A stretch of DNA of 64,000 nucleotides from Octopus vulgaris (lineage: Eukaryota). The DNA lies in NCBI GenBank assembly GCA_951406725.2, contig OX597835.1:38750001-38814000 (forward strand), read 5' to 3'. This document shows, in pieces, positions 12,191 to 27,279 of this stretch. A program made the translations under genes and the position numbers. Under the pieces are notes generated by a model. It had not been told where the DNA came from and searched no databases. It saw nothing but the letters and a program-made list of their open reading frames with translations. How positions within the stretch are numbered: position 1 is the stretch's first letter; the number at the start of each line of letters is the position of its first letter.

Positions 12191-12899
12191 CCATACAGTC
12201 ACATACATACATACATACATATATACATACATACATACATACATGCATACATACATACATATATGTACAGACAACCATATATATATTTCTGTGCACGCGT
12301 TTCGTCGCCTTTGTACGTGCAAGTATATCTATGCGACTGCGTGCGTGCGTATCTGTGAGTACTGATGTGCATGTGTGTGTGTTTATGTGCGTGCATATAT
12401 GTGTATACGTGTGCGCCTCTGTGTTTGTGTGTTTGTGTGTATGTGTGTATGTGTTTATTACCATATTTGTTTCTCGTTAATAGGGAATATTTACAACATC
12501 GTTATTAGCTTGTAGTTAAAACTTGACAAACCTCGTCTCTATCACAACCAGCGCCAGCCAGCAACAGCTGTCACTAGAAATAGCAGCAGAACACCTCCAA
12601 ACCACTACGTTTCGTATCAACAAAAATATAAATAGATAAAAACGAAGGACACATCAGAAAATGTTGTTCTTAAGATACCAAAAGACTGGATGGCCGTTGT
12701 TGGAATTTCTATGATTGTAGATTGGCAACACCGCCACTAAGCCTCCCAGAACTGCCCCTGTCCTTCGCCTCCAACATAAACCACTCTATCTTTCACTAGC
12801 TATCTCACAACCACTTCAACTACTACCAATACTTTTTCCCCAAACGAGAACCATGGCTGCTACCCGCGCCACCCGCGCTGCCCCCACTTCTACCAATTC

Positions 12900-12992
12900 T
12901 CTCACCACTACCAACACCATCATCGTCATCATCATCATCATCGTCATCATCATCATCATCGTCATCATCATCATCATCACCATCACTCTCAC

Positions 12993-13026
<34 letters not shown>

Positions 13027-13171
13027 GTCATCATCGTCATCATCGTCATCATCATCATCACCAGCACTCTCACCATCATCATCATCATCATCATCAACAT
13101 CGTCGTCGTCCTCCTCGTTATCGTCGTCATCGTCATCATCACTGTCATTATGATCATTAGCATCATCGTCG

Positions 13172-13202
<31 letters not shown>

Positions 13203-13651
13203 TGTAAACAAGCAAGGCCGACCAGAACTACCTAACACTAATACGACTCTAACTTCTTCAACTCCTCAATGACCACAAGCACTACCACCAATACAACTTC
13301 TTCAACTCCTCAATGACCACAAGTACTACCACCAATACAATCGCTAACACGCCTACCACAACGACAACCGCTACCAGCACCACTACAACTACGTGCGCCA
13401 CTAATACCCCTGCCAACACTTCCTGTACCAACTGGCATTATCCTCACACTAACAACACTGCAGCCAGCACCTATGCTACAGCTAACAGTAACACTGTCAA
13501 CACCACCAACACTACAACCGCCGAAGCGACAACCACCACCAATACAACCATCAACACCACTATCATCCACACTACTACCACTACTGCTACTACTAATACT
13601 ACTACCACTACTAATACTACTACCACTACAACACTACTACCACTACCTCTC

Positions 13652-13693
<42 letters not shown>

Positions 13694-13915
13694 GAGCCAA
13701 AGCTTCATCCATACACCGCCACTATCACTACCACTTCTACCATAAGTGATAACACCACCGAAACTGCAACTAAAAACCACCGCACCAACAATACCGCCAC
13801 TATCAACAACAATAACGCTACCGCCACCGTCATCACCATCGCCAGCAGTACCACCCCTACGGACACCACCACCACCACCACCACCACCACCAACATCACC
13901 ACTATTATCATCATG
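12900..13915. repeat. CAT and ACT/ACC trinucleotide blocks, including a 44-bp tandem duplication (13251-13340)
   Basis: AACTTCTTCAACTCCTCAATGACCACAAG(C/T)ACTACCACCAATAC occurs twice. Confidence 0.85.
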
Positions 13916-14044
13916 ATTGTCCCCATTATTCGATTCCAGTTCGGTAAATAACAGAATCATATTTTTTTCCCGTCTTCTCAAATAAACGCTATCCAATGCC
14001 TTGTGATATAATTGCAATCTTCACAGAAACGTTACAACCAGCCA

Positions 14045-14640
<596 letters not shown>

Positions 14641-14969
14641 CTTCCATAGAGAAACGAAAAGAGATTCTGGAAGCGGGGAGTGGAAAGACTCGTCTTCTTT
14701 CGAGATTTCTGTTTCACTGCATTTTTATTATTATTATTTTCCTTATATTTCCTTATACGTTTTTGTTATATTTTCAACAACAAAAAAATAAATAAATAAA
14801 TACATAAATAAATAACAGAAATATATTTGTTTGTTTACTTGCTTTATTGTTTATTTGTTTATCCATTTGTTCATCATTTTGCGTAATTATGTCCGTCCTT
14901 TTTCTACTTGTGTGTATGACTGAATGAGTTTATAGGTAGATGTCTCTTTTACTGTGTCTATAAATATGA

Positions 14970-15007
<38 letters not shown>

Positions 15008-15440
15008 TGTGCGCATTCATAAACATATGTATGTATGTTTGTATGTATGTGTGTATATGTATGGATATAAATATAATCTGCTGGCCTGTATGCATCTATG
15101 TATGCGCGTATGAGTATACATACATGCTTGTATATGTATAAATTATGTATCCATTTATCTGTTCATCTATCAAGTGATGCGTTGAATTTATCTCCGTACA
15201 TGTGTATACATGGATATGTATGTGTTTATATGTGTGTGTGCTTTTGTGTTTTGCGCATGTGTGCGTGACAATACGTATGTGTATATATGTATATATATAT
15301 ATATGAAATAAAAAGGGAGAGAAATACAGACGCAAAAGCATATGAAATGGTCTGTAAGTAGTTTGCAAGTAGACATACTTACAAATACAAGCTCATGGTT
15401 GTAAGCACACTCTACTTTCTATCTATATATCTATCGATCT

Positions 15441-15485
<45 letters not shown>

Positions 15486-15592
15486 TATACAAAAGTATTC
15501 ATGTACATCTTATGTGTGACTTTGTGGTCACTGAACTTAACATATATATATGTCTATGTGTGTTTATGTGCGTTTATGTGTGTTTGTATGCG

Positions 15593-15634
<42 letters not shown>

Positions 15635-15723
15635 TGTTTATGTCTGTATCTGAATCTGTGTGTGTGTGTGTCATATAATGGAACCGACTAAATAATGCAG
15701 CACTATTTCAATGGAAGAGTAGG

Positions 15724-15765
<42 letters not shown>

Positions 15766-16029
15766 ATATATTAACATATATGGATAGATGTATATATATA
15801 TATATATATATATATACATACACAGACACACACAGAGGCACACACTACTAGTTCACTAGAATGCCATCGACAATGGAAGTACAGTTCTCAGAAATTCAGT
15901 AATCAAGTTGTTTAACAATACAATAGATACAAACTGCTTGCAGACCTACCCAATTCGCGTAGTAGTATATTTACCTTCTTCTCAAACTAATCGGCGTTTT
16001 CAACATAGTTGATATTAACAAAAGCACAA

Positions 16030-16230
16030 GACATCAAATAAGTGGTTTGTATAGAGATGATGGACTAGTTGTTTCTTACTACATGAATAGCTAAGTACGG
16101 ATAGGCTTAGAAAGTCTCTAATGGGTATATTAAAAGGTGGTGGGTTAAACCTGATTATCACCATTAAAACTAGCATTAAAATCGTTACTTCCTAAATATC
16201 ACCATAAAAATTACCACTACACATTTCTTT
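16030..16230 (+). mobile_element. Penelope-like RT fragment
   Basis: GGTTTGTATAGAGATGATGGACTAGTT encodes GLYRDDGLV, followed by DRLRKSL. The same motif order is seen in the Penelope-like element (PLE) at 42768-42974. Confidence 0.65.
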
Positions 16231-16622
16231 CTGCACTTCTAGTGAGTCTGATCGTAGTAGCTGTGGCAGTGATTCTAGCTTTGATATCAGTGGTGATATT
16301 GATGATAGGGTGATACGGTTGGAGATTACACTCATGGTGGTCGTCGTAGTTGTCCTGGGATGATATTGGAATGAAATAGTGATCTTCTTTGTTGTTTATT
16401 CCAGGCCAACCATGCTGAGTACATACCTCTGCCTTTGACCATTTTTACTACGTATAGAACTACGTTATTCAAATGCCCTTCTTTGTCAGAGTAATTTAAT
16501 GGGAGATTTGACTGCAATTTTGTGGCAAATGACTAGGTACAGTGACCCTACTTCAGGTGTTTTTATAGTATTGGTGGTAGTTATGTAGGTGGTGATGGTG
16601 GTGGGGATAGAGGAGATAGAAA

Positions 16623-16746
16623 GTGGTGAGCTGGCAGAAATGTTAGCACGCCAGGTGAAATGCTTAGTGGTATTTCATCCGTCTTTACGTTCTGAGGTTG
16701 ACTTTGCCTTTCATCCTTTCGGAGTCGATTAAATAAATACCAGTTA
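16623..16746 (+). mobile_element. Nin-type SINE, head plus partial body
   Basis: GAGCTGGCAGAAATGTTAGCACGCCAGG...GACTTTGCCTTTCATCCTTTCGG is homologous to 37359-37500. Confidence 0.75.
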
Positions 16747-16749
16747 CCC

Positions 16750-16955
16750 AGTTCCCATGGCTTACAAGTGACTGAGATCACAGCAGTCCTCCTGGATAGG
16801 ATTCCAGTCCTTCGATGTGTAACTCATTTATACTCATTATAGTCTGGAGCAACATAAAACGAAATAATTTACTCAAGAAAACAACACACCACTCGAAACC
16901 ACGATCTTGTAATCGTGAACGCAAGACAGTAACCACTAGGCCACCGAGCTTCCAT
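16750..16955 (-). mobile_element. Diverged Meta-like tRNA SINE
   Basis: Similar to 3010-3243 (CTCGAAACCACGATCTT, TAACCACTAGGCCAC). Confidence 0.55.
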
Positions 16956-17106
16956 ATGCTGAAGAAGGTAAAAAGAAGGTAAAAAGACCCCACTTCAGTC
17001 ATGAATGACCAAGGGATTGCACCGCGAATGTTATCCCCCGAGGTACAAGGTTGTTTATGGAAGAGCAGCGATCACCCATGCACACCAGCCTCTCCGCTCT
17101 AAGCCG

Positions 17107-17193
<87 letters not shown>

Positions 17194-17194
17194 G

Positions 17195-17742
17195 GGTAAA
17201 GAGTAAAGACCCCCTTCGGTCATGAATGACCATGGGATTGCACCTATGAAGTTCTCCGAGGCACAAGTCCAGACAAGATTGTTTATGGGTGACCAGCAGT
17301 TGCCCATGCATACCAGCCTCCTCATTCTATACCACCGATCTTATTCAAGGGAAAAGCAAAGGCTAATACAGCTTGGCACCAGAGACGTCGCAACTCATTC
17401 CTACAACTGAGGGTCTACAAATAAAGGGTCTTGCTCAAGAAAACATCACACAGCTGATAGAATAAGTATTGGTCTTACAAAAGAATAAGTCCCGGGGTCG
17501 AGTTGCTCGATTAAAGGCGGTGCTCCAGCATGGCCGCAGTCAAATGACTGAAACAAGTAAAAGAGTAAAAGAGTAACCCGGGGTCGAGTTGCTCGATTAA
17601 AGGCGGTGCTCCAGCATGGCCGCAGTCAAATGACTGAAACAAGTAAAAGAGTAAAAGAGTAAAGAGTACAGCCCGGTCCGGGAATCGAACTCAATACCTC
17701 GTGTTTGTGAGCCCGACGCTCTAACCACTGAACCATGCGCCT
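17195..17742 (-). mobile_element. tRNA-derived SINE of another tail family, interrupted by an insertion at 17455-17667
   Basis: Minus-strand head GGCGCATGGTTCAGTGGTTAGAGCG...GAGTTCGATTCCC. Related pieces lie at 16975-17100, 54340-54645 and 61338-61548. Confidence 0.75.
17455..17667 (+). mobile_element. 5'-truncated CORE-like SINE 3' end with a perfect 86-bp tandem duplication
   Basis: 17491-17576 is identical to 17577-17662. The insertion is flanked by ACAGC direct repeats. Confidence 0.85.
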
Positions 17743-18039
17743 GAATGAGGACACAATATAAAGAAGTAAATAGAACAATTATGTTTCGATTTCGAATGGC
17801 GGAGAGGAAGTGAGAAGTTATTTATTTATTTATTTATTTGTTAGTAGTTCTTCAAGGTGTCACTATTGTTTAAGTAGTGATAGATAACTTCTTTTCATCT
17901 GTGCTCTTGAACTTGATCTTGAAGTGTGTTGTTTGGTGAAGCAAGAAAATAAAATTTTAAAAAAAATACAGATACCGGGGGTGCGACCAATGTGAAACCA
18001 CTGTACTGAAAGTTGGTTTAATTCCTTCCGCAACCATGC

Positions 18040-18530
18040 GAACGCAAGAAAACATTTCCCGGAGACGGAGTAACTCGACACGACACGTGAATGCTGAGAG
18101 TGGTAGCAACAGTTGTTGTTGCGATGAGGGAAGAGAGAAAGAGAGACAGAGAGAGAGAGAATTTAGAAGCGGAACCGGAAATTGTATCCGCATATAGAGA
18201 CGGTTCACCGCCATTTTGCGTTTGGGGTTTTCGGTCATTGAAAGTCTCTGTATGGGGGAGGGGGCGAAGTACGAACCATGATTGGTATGAAATGTAAATG
18301 GATGCCATTTGAAATCATCGAAGCGAAAAGATGTTGAAATATTGCTCCAGCCCCTATGCCACCATTATTAAATTCCGAAAGAGTAATTTCGACCCAAGCG
18401 AAGTTCCTGTACTCGATGGCTGCCATGGTGAACGGGGATGGCGGCGGCGAAGAAAACATATTTCGCGTTTTTTGCTGGTTTTCGTTTCCTAAAACTTCTT
18501 TCTTTTTTACTTTTACGCGGAAGTAGTGCA
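18040..18530. promoter_or_regulatory. CpG-rich non-repetitive island, candidate promoter or enhancer
   Basis: YY1-like CGCCATTTT (~18208) and GATGGCGGC (~18437), ETS-like ACCGGAAAT and GCGGAAGT, and ATTGG (~18281). This is motif evidence only. Confidence 0.3.
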
Positions 18531-18539
18531 AAGTGGGAA

Positions 18540-18561
18540 AATAGTAGTGGTAGTGGTAGTG

Positions 18562-18625
<64 letters not shown>

Positions 18626-18789
18626 CAGCAGTGGTGGTGTTGGTGGTGGTGGCGGTGGCGGTTGTGGTGGTAGTGGTAGACGTAGTGATAGCGAAGGTAA
18701 TGGTAGTAGTAGTAGTAGTGGTGGTGGTGGTGGTGGTGGCGGCGGCGGTTATGGTGGTAGTGGTAGACGTAGTGATAGCGAAGGTACTG

Positions 18790-18834
<45 letters not shown>

Positions 18835-19050
18835 TTGGTGGTGGTGGTGGTGGTGGTGGTGGTAGACGTAATGATAGCGAAGGTACTAGTAGTAGTAGTG
18901 GTTGTTATGGTAATACATGCAGATTCAAAACTTGTAGTAGTAATATTTCTGGCGGTGGTAGTGGTTGGGGTGGTGGTTGTGGTACTAGTAATAGTAGTAA
19001 TAGTAGTGCTGGTAGTTGTAGTAGTAGTAGCACCAGCAGTAGTAGTTTCA
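18540..19050. repeat. AGT/GGT trinucleotide block with a three-fold GGTAGACGTA(G/A)TGATAGCGAAGGTA unit
   Basis: The unit occurs at about 18674, 18762 and 18861. Confidence 0.9.
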
Positions 19051-20086
19051 TGAGGCACAATGCTACCACCAACACCACATCTATGTAAAAACAACAGTGG
19101 TTATTAGAAAGCGACTATAAGAAATAACAGCCAAATCTCCCTCAAATATTCTTTATTCTTTCGAAAAAGTAGAAAGGTCTCTGATACGCTGAAAAAAAAT
19201 TAGGCTGATCATAGGGTCGGCTCGATAAGGGACGGCCCAGGGTTAAGGAACAACAATGCCATCAAAAATAACACCAGAGCAGCAACAAGAAGTACCACAG
19301 CATCAGCAACAATAACAGCAACAACAGCAACAACACAAAGCGTAACAAACAACAACAACAACATCAACAGCAACAACGACAAACAAACACGTACGATTTA
19401 CTAAATAAAAATGGCAGCGGTTTTTACGAGTGAGGAAATCTTTTGTCAGCCATGTTTTGTGAAACTATTTCGTTGTTAGAGTTGTGTTAGAATTCTCGTT
19501 GTTGCTGTTGGAGTTGTTGTATTTGTTGTTATTGTTGTTGGTATTGTTTGCGATTGTTTTTGCCGTTGTTATGATAGATATTGCTATTTTCGTTATTGTT
19601 GCTGTTGCTGTTATTCGAGGAAAAAGTTACCGTTCATGCGGCAACCTCTTGTATACTTTTTACGAGTGTACATTCAATCTAATTATAAACCACTTCGTTT
19701 ATTGCATAAGTACGCTTTAGGGAAACGAAAGCGGAAAAAAGCCCCTATTTTTTGCTTATTCTCTAAGTTGGTTTTTATGATAACACACCCAGCATGTGTA
19801 ACTACACCTTTTTGAATCTATTGGTTTTTCATTCTGATATCCTAACAAACCAATCCTCCATCTTGATTTAAGCCTCACCTTCTTTTTCCCTCCTTCCCTC
19901 TTCTCTTTCTTTCTTCACCCTCTCTTTCTTTTTTCTTCTTTCCTTCGTCCTTTGTACCTCATTCTCTACCTCTTCACGTTTCCTTACCTACATTTACCAT
20001 TCCCCTTCTTCGACTCTCCTTTCCCATATCTACCTTTGGGTCATGCTTGCTCTCCACCAAACATAACCTATTTCTCGCTATTTTTA

Positions 20087-20173
<87 letters not shown>

Positions 20174-20311
20174 ACCAAACTCTCCTATTTCTCTCTCATT
20201 TCTTTCCGTCCCTATATCTATATCTCTCTCCCTTCATATAACGCAGTTAGACACTCACACATACACACATACATATTCAGTTTCTCTCTTATTCTCTCTC
20301 TCACTCTCTCG

Positions 20312-20352
<41 letters not shown>

Positions 20353-20426
20353 TGTTTGTATGCATGTATATGTATATGCATGCATGTCTGTTTTTTATGC
20401 ATATATGTATGTATGTATCTATCTAT

Positions 20427-20480
<54 letters not shown>

Positions 20481-20537
20481 GTACACACATAAACACAAAA
20501 AACACAAACACAATACAAATATAAATACATATCGCTA

Positions 20538-20578
<41 letters not shown>

Positions 20579-20978
20579 GCATATACTTCTTTCCCCTTTC
20601 TATCGTCCATTCCTATATTTCTCTCTCTTTCTCTCCCTTTTTATCTGTATCCCCACTTCATTCTCCTCTATGAGTTAAGGATGGCTAAATTCGGAAATTA
20701 TTTTGAACAGTTGTGCTTCAGTTTGGCGAATAACAAAGCTATGTCGGCTATAACATTCTCCTATACAATTGTTATGATATGAAAATAGCGTTTTTATGTT
20801 CTGCAATACAACCGGATATATTTCAAGTATGGATATCTTAAAAGGATACATCAAATATAGACACACACAATTCCAAACATACACATATATAAAAATATAT
20901 ATTCGCACAAACGCGTGCAGAATACGTATGTACGCTCGTGTGTAGAAATACATGCACATTCATATAAGAGTGTATGTT

Positions 20979-21040
<62 letters not shown>

Positions 21041-21334
21041 CGCGTGTATGTATATATATATATACATGCGTGTATGTATGTGTATATATATACATATATA
21101 TTGATTTATGTGACCGTTATGTATATAATTATATTCATACACACATATGATATATATAACTTATAAAGATATATATAAGATACAAACACTCATAAATACA
21201 TATATGCATATATATATATATATACATATACACGCACACATTGCACACACATACATACATATACATATATATATGTACAGATATATATATATATGTATGT
21301 ATATATATACACACACATATATATACCCATATGT

Positions 21335-21434
<100 letters not shown>

Positions 21435-21841
21435 TATAGACATACATACATGCATATATGCATACATAGATATATGCAAGCGTGCACACAAAGCTATGAA
21501 TCTTTAAGTACACATGCGTACGCAGTTATGGCCTGCACAATGACACAAGCCATGAACGGAAGTCCACATGTAGGAGTCAGAAAGGTAACAGAGGTAACAG
21601 TGGAAAGAAATATTGTAAAGATATACACCAATAGAAATGATATTGTGTATGTGAGTGGAGGTTGGAGGAGGGGACTTTGTGTGTGTGGGACATTGTATCC
21701 GTGTGCATTTACGTATTTATTCCTACTCATATACATAGATGCATATCTCTGTATGATTATGCGCATATATATATTTATCCATTTAGAGGTTTGGTGATGA
21801 AAACACGAAAATAGAACACAAAACACGGATATACATACATA

Positions 21842-21944
<103 letters not shown>

Positions 21945-21945
21945 C

Positions 21946-21992
<47 letters not shown>

Positions 21993-22001
21993 ATTATTAT
22001 T

Positions 22002-22365
22002 GAGTGGCTGTGTGTATAGTAGCTTGCTTACCAACCACATGGTTCCGGGTTCAGTCCGACTGCGTGGCATTTTGGGCAAGTGTCTTCTGCTATAGCCTCG
22101 GGCCGATCAAAGCCTTGTGAGTGGATTTGGTAGACGGAAACTGAAAGAATCTCGTCGTATATATGTATATATATATATGTATGTGTGTCTGTGTTTGTCA
22201 CCCCAACCGATGCTGGTGTGTTTACGTGCCCGGCAAAAGAGACCGATCGAATAAGTACTAGGCTTACAAAGAATTTGTCCTAGGGTCGATTTGCTCGACT
22301 AAAGGCGGTGCTCCAGCATGGCCACAGTCAAATGACTGAAACAAATAAAAGAGTAAAAGAGTAAA
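22002..22365 (+). mobile_element. CORE-like tRNA SINE, near full length
   Basis: Collinear with 29671-30090 and ends in an (AAAAGAGT)n tail. Confidence 0.85.
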
Positions 22366-22369
22366 ATAC

Positions 22370-22417
<48 letters not shown>

Positions 22418-22541
22418 AATATTATTAATCATCTCGGCAGAATGACTCAGGGATCGAACGCTTCTTGCATCCGGAAGTGCCAATGATGAAACGGAAACCC
22501 TAGAGTCGCTCTACTTCTTCTGCCAATTACTATTCATTACA

Positions 22542-22592
<51 letters not shown>

Positions 22593-22731
22593 GTTAGAGT
22601 GTATATATATATACATATATATATGTATATATATATGTATATATATATACATATATATATACATGCATATATATATAAATATATGTATATATATGTGTGT
22701 ATATATATATATATATATAAATATATGTATA

Positions 22732-22775
<44 letters not shown>

Positions 22776-23568
22776 CATGTATGTATGTATGTATATATCT
22801 TTGAATTTAACACTGCTGATTTTCAACTGGTGTGTTTTTTTGTTTACCTCCCTGCAGCTATCGGCTTGGCATAAGGGACAGATGAAATAATTCGATTCGT
22901 TCGACTAAAACCCTTAAACACACTGCTGCAGCATGGCCGGAGTTCAATAACTAGAACAAGCCAAAGGTGATATGTATATATGTTAAATCATGAAAGAACA
23001 TTTGTAGTTGTCCACCTTTGGAACTACTAGCATTCATTTTCTTTTACCGTGGATTATTATCAAACCATGCTCTCTGTTCATGGATTTATCTAGTGAATAT
23101 CCGCTTTCATTTGGATTTAATTGGACTTCTATCCCTTTCTAGACATAAAGAACCCAAATACTTATCATTTATGAGGAATATTCTCCAACCATTACAAATA
23201 TTTAACCTGTCTCTCTCCGATAACGGTATATTCAGCCGAACGGTATACTCAGCCTAACAGAATACTAAGCACGATGTTCCAGTAGCTGTGATATTCTAGA
23301 AACAGCTGTTAGAGACCATTTAAACTTTAAAAAATGTTATCCTTTTCTTTTCTGCTTTAATATATTGCTGCCGGCTCAAGGGGAAGCCACTTCTAGCTTT
23401 AGAAAGGCAGTAACGAAATCACATCTTGAACTGCAGTTCAAACCGGAATGATAGAGGTAAACCAATTTGACCAGTCGGAGCGTATACCTATTTGTTTGAG
23501 TTAACACGACAAAAATTCTTCGTATATATTAATACATACATACATACATACATACATACACACACACA

Positions 23569-23657
<89 letters not shown>

Positions 23658-23953
23658 TTATATATTAATAATGAATGGTACTATAGGAAGTACCAGTATG
23701 CTAATGTAGCAGTCAAAGTGACTCAAAACCATAAGTTTTCCCCTTTACATAAAGATGAAGGCGGATCACTAAGATCCCGTACGAATGACGAATATAGTTG
23801 AAAACTGAAAAGTCAGACATACCCGTTTCACACTGATTTCGAATTTTGTGAAAATATCACTTAGTTTTCCTCAGCGAGTCTTACTGACCCAGGGTCATAC
23901 AGCTTGCCCATCTCATGCAACGTGTGTGTTAATGCCGCAGCAAATTTTAAAAG

Positions 23954-24027
<74 letters not shown>

Positions 24028-24117
24028 GCTGTTTTTAACACCCCTAGTCATATTTACTGACAATTATAGCTTTCCGTTTTTGGTAAAACTTTGCACACAT
24101 TGCTGTCGATATTAATT

Positions 24118-24152
<35 letters not shown>

Positions 24153-24442
24153 AGTATACTTACTCAATCTATCAAATCCACCCACAAGGCTTTTGTCTGT
24201 CTGAAGACATAATAGAAGACAATCCAAAACTGCTATTCATTGGTACTGAACACGGAACTACGTTGTTGAGAAGGAAACTCCTTACCACGCCACACAACCA
24301 TGTATATATATATATATATATATATATACATACATACATTCATACATACATACATACATACATACATACATACACACATACATAGATACATACATACATA
24401 CATACATACATACATACATACATACATACATACATACATACA

Positions 24443-24477
<35 letters not shown>

Positions 24478-24481
24478 TGTA

Positions 24482-24518
<37 letters not shown>

Positions 24519-24539
24519 ATTATTATTATTATCATTATT

Positions 24540-25115
24540 ATTTTATGTTTGACTTTTGCTTTGCATTTGTACAAGTTGGCTCCAAGTCTCACCCAGAGAT
24601 CTCAAGAGACAACAAGTTGGAAGCTCATGCTGGTGTTATTCCTAGGGTGCCATATATTTGGTTTTGTACGTAGTGTTGTTCTAGAGAATGTTTAAGAAAC
24701 CATAAGAAAATTGTGTTTTTGTTTTAAAACTTAAGTTTATATAGAAAGTATTTTGCGTAGGATATGGGCAGTTCCCATGAGCACAATCTTTTGAATTTCT
24801 GCAATTTTGAGGTTTCTTGGTATCTGAGCTAGGTAGCAATCAGCCACTTTTGCTATCATTCCCAGGGCACCTATGACAACAGGTATTGTTTTAGTCTTCA
24901 GGTTCCACATTTTACTAAATTCTTTTTCAAGATCTTTATACTTGCTCAGATTTTGGTAGGTCTTGACAGATACGTTCATATCGATTGGGACAGTCATATC
25001 AATGAGGCGGCATGATTTTTGTCTGAAGTCTTTCAAAATGATGTCTGGCCTATTTGCATCTATTTTTCTGTCAGTTTGAATGGTGAAGTTCCAGAGGAGT
25101 GAGATGTGATTATTT
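24540..25115 (-). mobile_element. 5'-truncated R4/Dong-clade LINE (restriction-like endonuclease C-terminus plus 3' UTR)
   Basis: LWNFTIQTDRKIDANRPDII...LIDMTVP...KYKDLEKE...IPVVIGALG...LMGTAHILRKIL. Flanked on both sides by (TTA)n. Confidence 0.9.
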
Positions 25116-25126
25116 CGTTATTATTG

Positions 25127-25219
<93 letters not shown>

Positions 25220-25391
25220 GAAATTACGAAATGCACGATGCGATTGGAATAGATATTTTATCGGTTGAACGATATTTCGACAGCGAGTCTGAGTCTGTCT
25301 TTGTCGAGTTCAAAATAAAAGGTAATAAAAATTCAAAATTATAGAAATTCAAATTTGAATTACTATAAATTTGAATTTTTATCACTTTTGT

Positions 25392-25452
<61 letters not shown>

Positions 25453-25453
25453 G

Positions 25454-25582
<129 letters not shown>

Positions 25583-25610
25583 TATATATGCATATATATG
25601 TATAAGTATA

Positions 25611-25685
<75 letters not shown>

Positions 25686-25734
25686 ATACATACATATAAA
25701 TACAATTACAGATGGGGGTGCGTGTGGTGTGCCT

Positions 25735-25980
25735 GTAGTGCTCTTGGTAACAAATATCGAATTATATCCTGTTGCAATGTCGAATCGTCGGAGAATAAGC
25801 CGGGAACCCGTCCAAGGTAGCTTGGTGAAGAGGGTAGTTTTGGATATCCAGGGAGATGGAAAACAAGACCTTTCAAAGAGCAGAGGAACACAGGAAAATC
25901 AACTGCCAAGGATATGTGGCGCTCGCCAGTTGTAGTGATGACTATCCAACTTTGAAGAAGGAAATCTCTGAAATAAAAGC
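25735..25980 (+). mobile_element. Diverged RTE-type 5' region fragment
   Basis: Aligns by eye to the reverse complement of 2480-2655 (CCTGTTGCA...TCGTCGG...CTTGGTGA.GAGGGT...AAAACAA.ACCT.TCAAAG.GC.GAGGAAC). Confidence 0.6.
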
Positions 25981-25999
25981 CATTTCATGAGGACGTGCA

Positions 26000-26420
26000 A
26001 CCGTGGTAAGAAGCTTGCTTCCCAACCACATGGTTCCGGGTTCAGTCCCACTGCCTGGCACCTTGAGCAAATCTCTTCTACTATAGCCTCGGGCCCACCA
26101 AAGCCTTGTGAGTGGATTCAGAGACTAGAATAAGCCCATCGTATATGTGCATGATGTGTGTGTGTATGTGTGCGCGTGTGTGTGTGTGCGTATGTGCATA
26201 CGTGTGTGTCTTTAATGTTACATTTTCTCTCCATCAACGTTTGACAGACGGTTTTGGGGTGTTTACACCCCTGTAACTTAACAGTTCTGCAAAAGTGGCT
26301 TACAGAATAAGTACTAGGCGTAAGAAATAAGCCATGCGGTGGATTTGTTCGACTAAAATCTGTGAAGGTGGTGCTTCAGCATGGCCACAGTCACATGACC
26401 GAAGCAAGTAAAAGAATATT
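26000..26420 (+). mobile_element. CORE-like tRNA SINE (older copy)
   Basis: GTGGTAAGAAGCTTGCTTCCCAACCACATGGTTCCGGGTTCAGTCCC...CAGCATGGCCACAGTC. Confidence 0.8.
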
Positions 26421-26516
26421 AAGATGTTTGAATTTCCTCTGTGGACAATATAATTTATATGCGTATGTGTGCATGTGTCTTTGGGGGAGTGTATGATCTC
26501 TCTCTCTCTCTCTCTC

Positions 26517-26559
<43 letters not shown>

Positions 26560-26747
26560 GTATGTATTGTGTCGATGGATGACGTATAAATAAAGTTTAT
26601 CTATCGATATCTTCTTTAGGCCATAGATGAAATACAGCAATACAATACCTTTTGCATAGCTTATATTTCGTATGGCTGCCGACTATTGGAATGGTGTAAT
26701 ATATGTATACATATATGCATACATATATAAGGTGTCCGTACGGATGT

Positions 26748-26787
<40 letters not shown>

Positions 26788-26887
26788 CACACACACACAC
26801 AACACACACACACACACACACACACACAAGAAAACAGATATATGTATTCATGCATATATATACATATAACAACCAACCATTATTATG

Positions 26888-26924
<37 letters not shown>

Positions 26925-27144
26925 TTATGCATATATACCCATATGCATACATACATATATTTGCGTTTTGTGTAGGTCTGTAGATGCGTTGATGTGCGTG
27001 AAGACATACGCGTATGGAGTATAGCAGACTTTGTTTGAAAAACGATATGAAGCAATTTGTACGTTTTGAAGTTCTAAAGGTGAGTGTGGTGTCCGTAGGA
27101 GAGAGACAATGATATCATATCATAATGTACCTATATATATGTAT

Positions 27145-27180
<36 letters not shown>

Positions 27181-27218
27181 TCTATATATTTTGTAACATA
27201 TTTCTATATATATATGTA

Positions 27219-27279
<61 letters not shown>

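Noticed and set aside
13313-13951. Mucin-like Thr-rich ORF
   Set aside because: A degenerate ACN trinucleotide tract with no signal peptide or domain.
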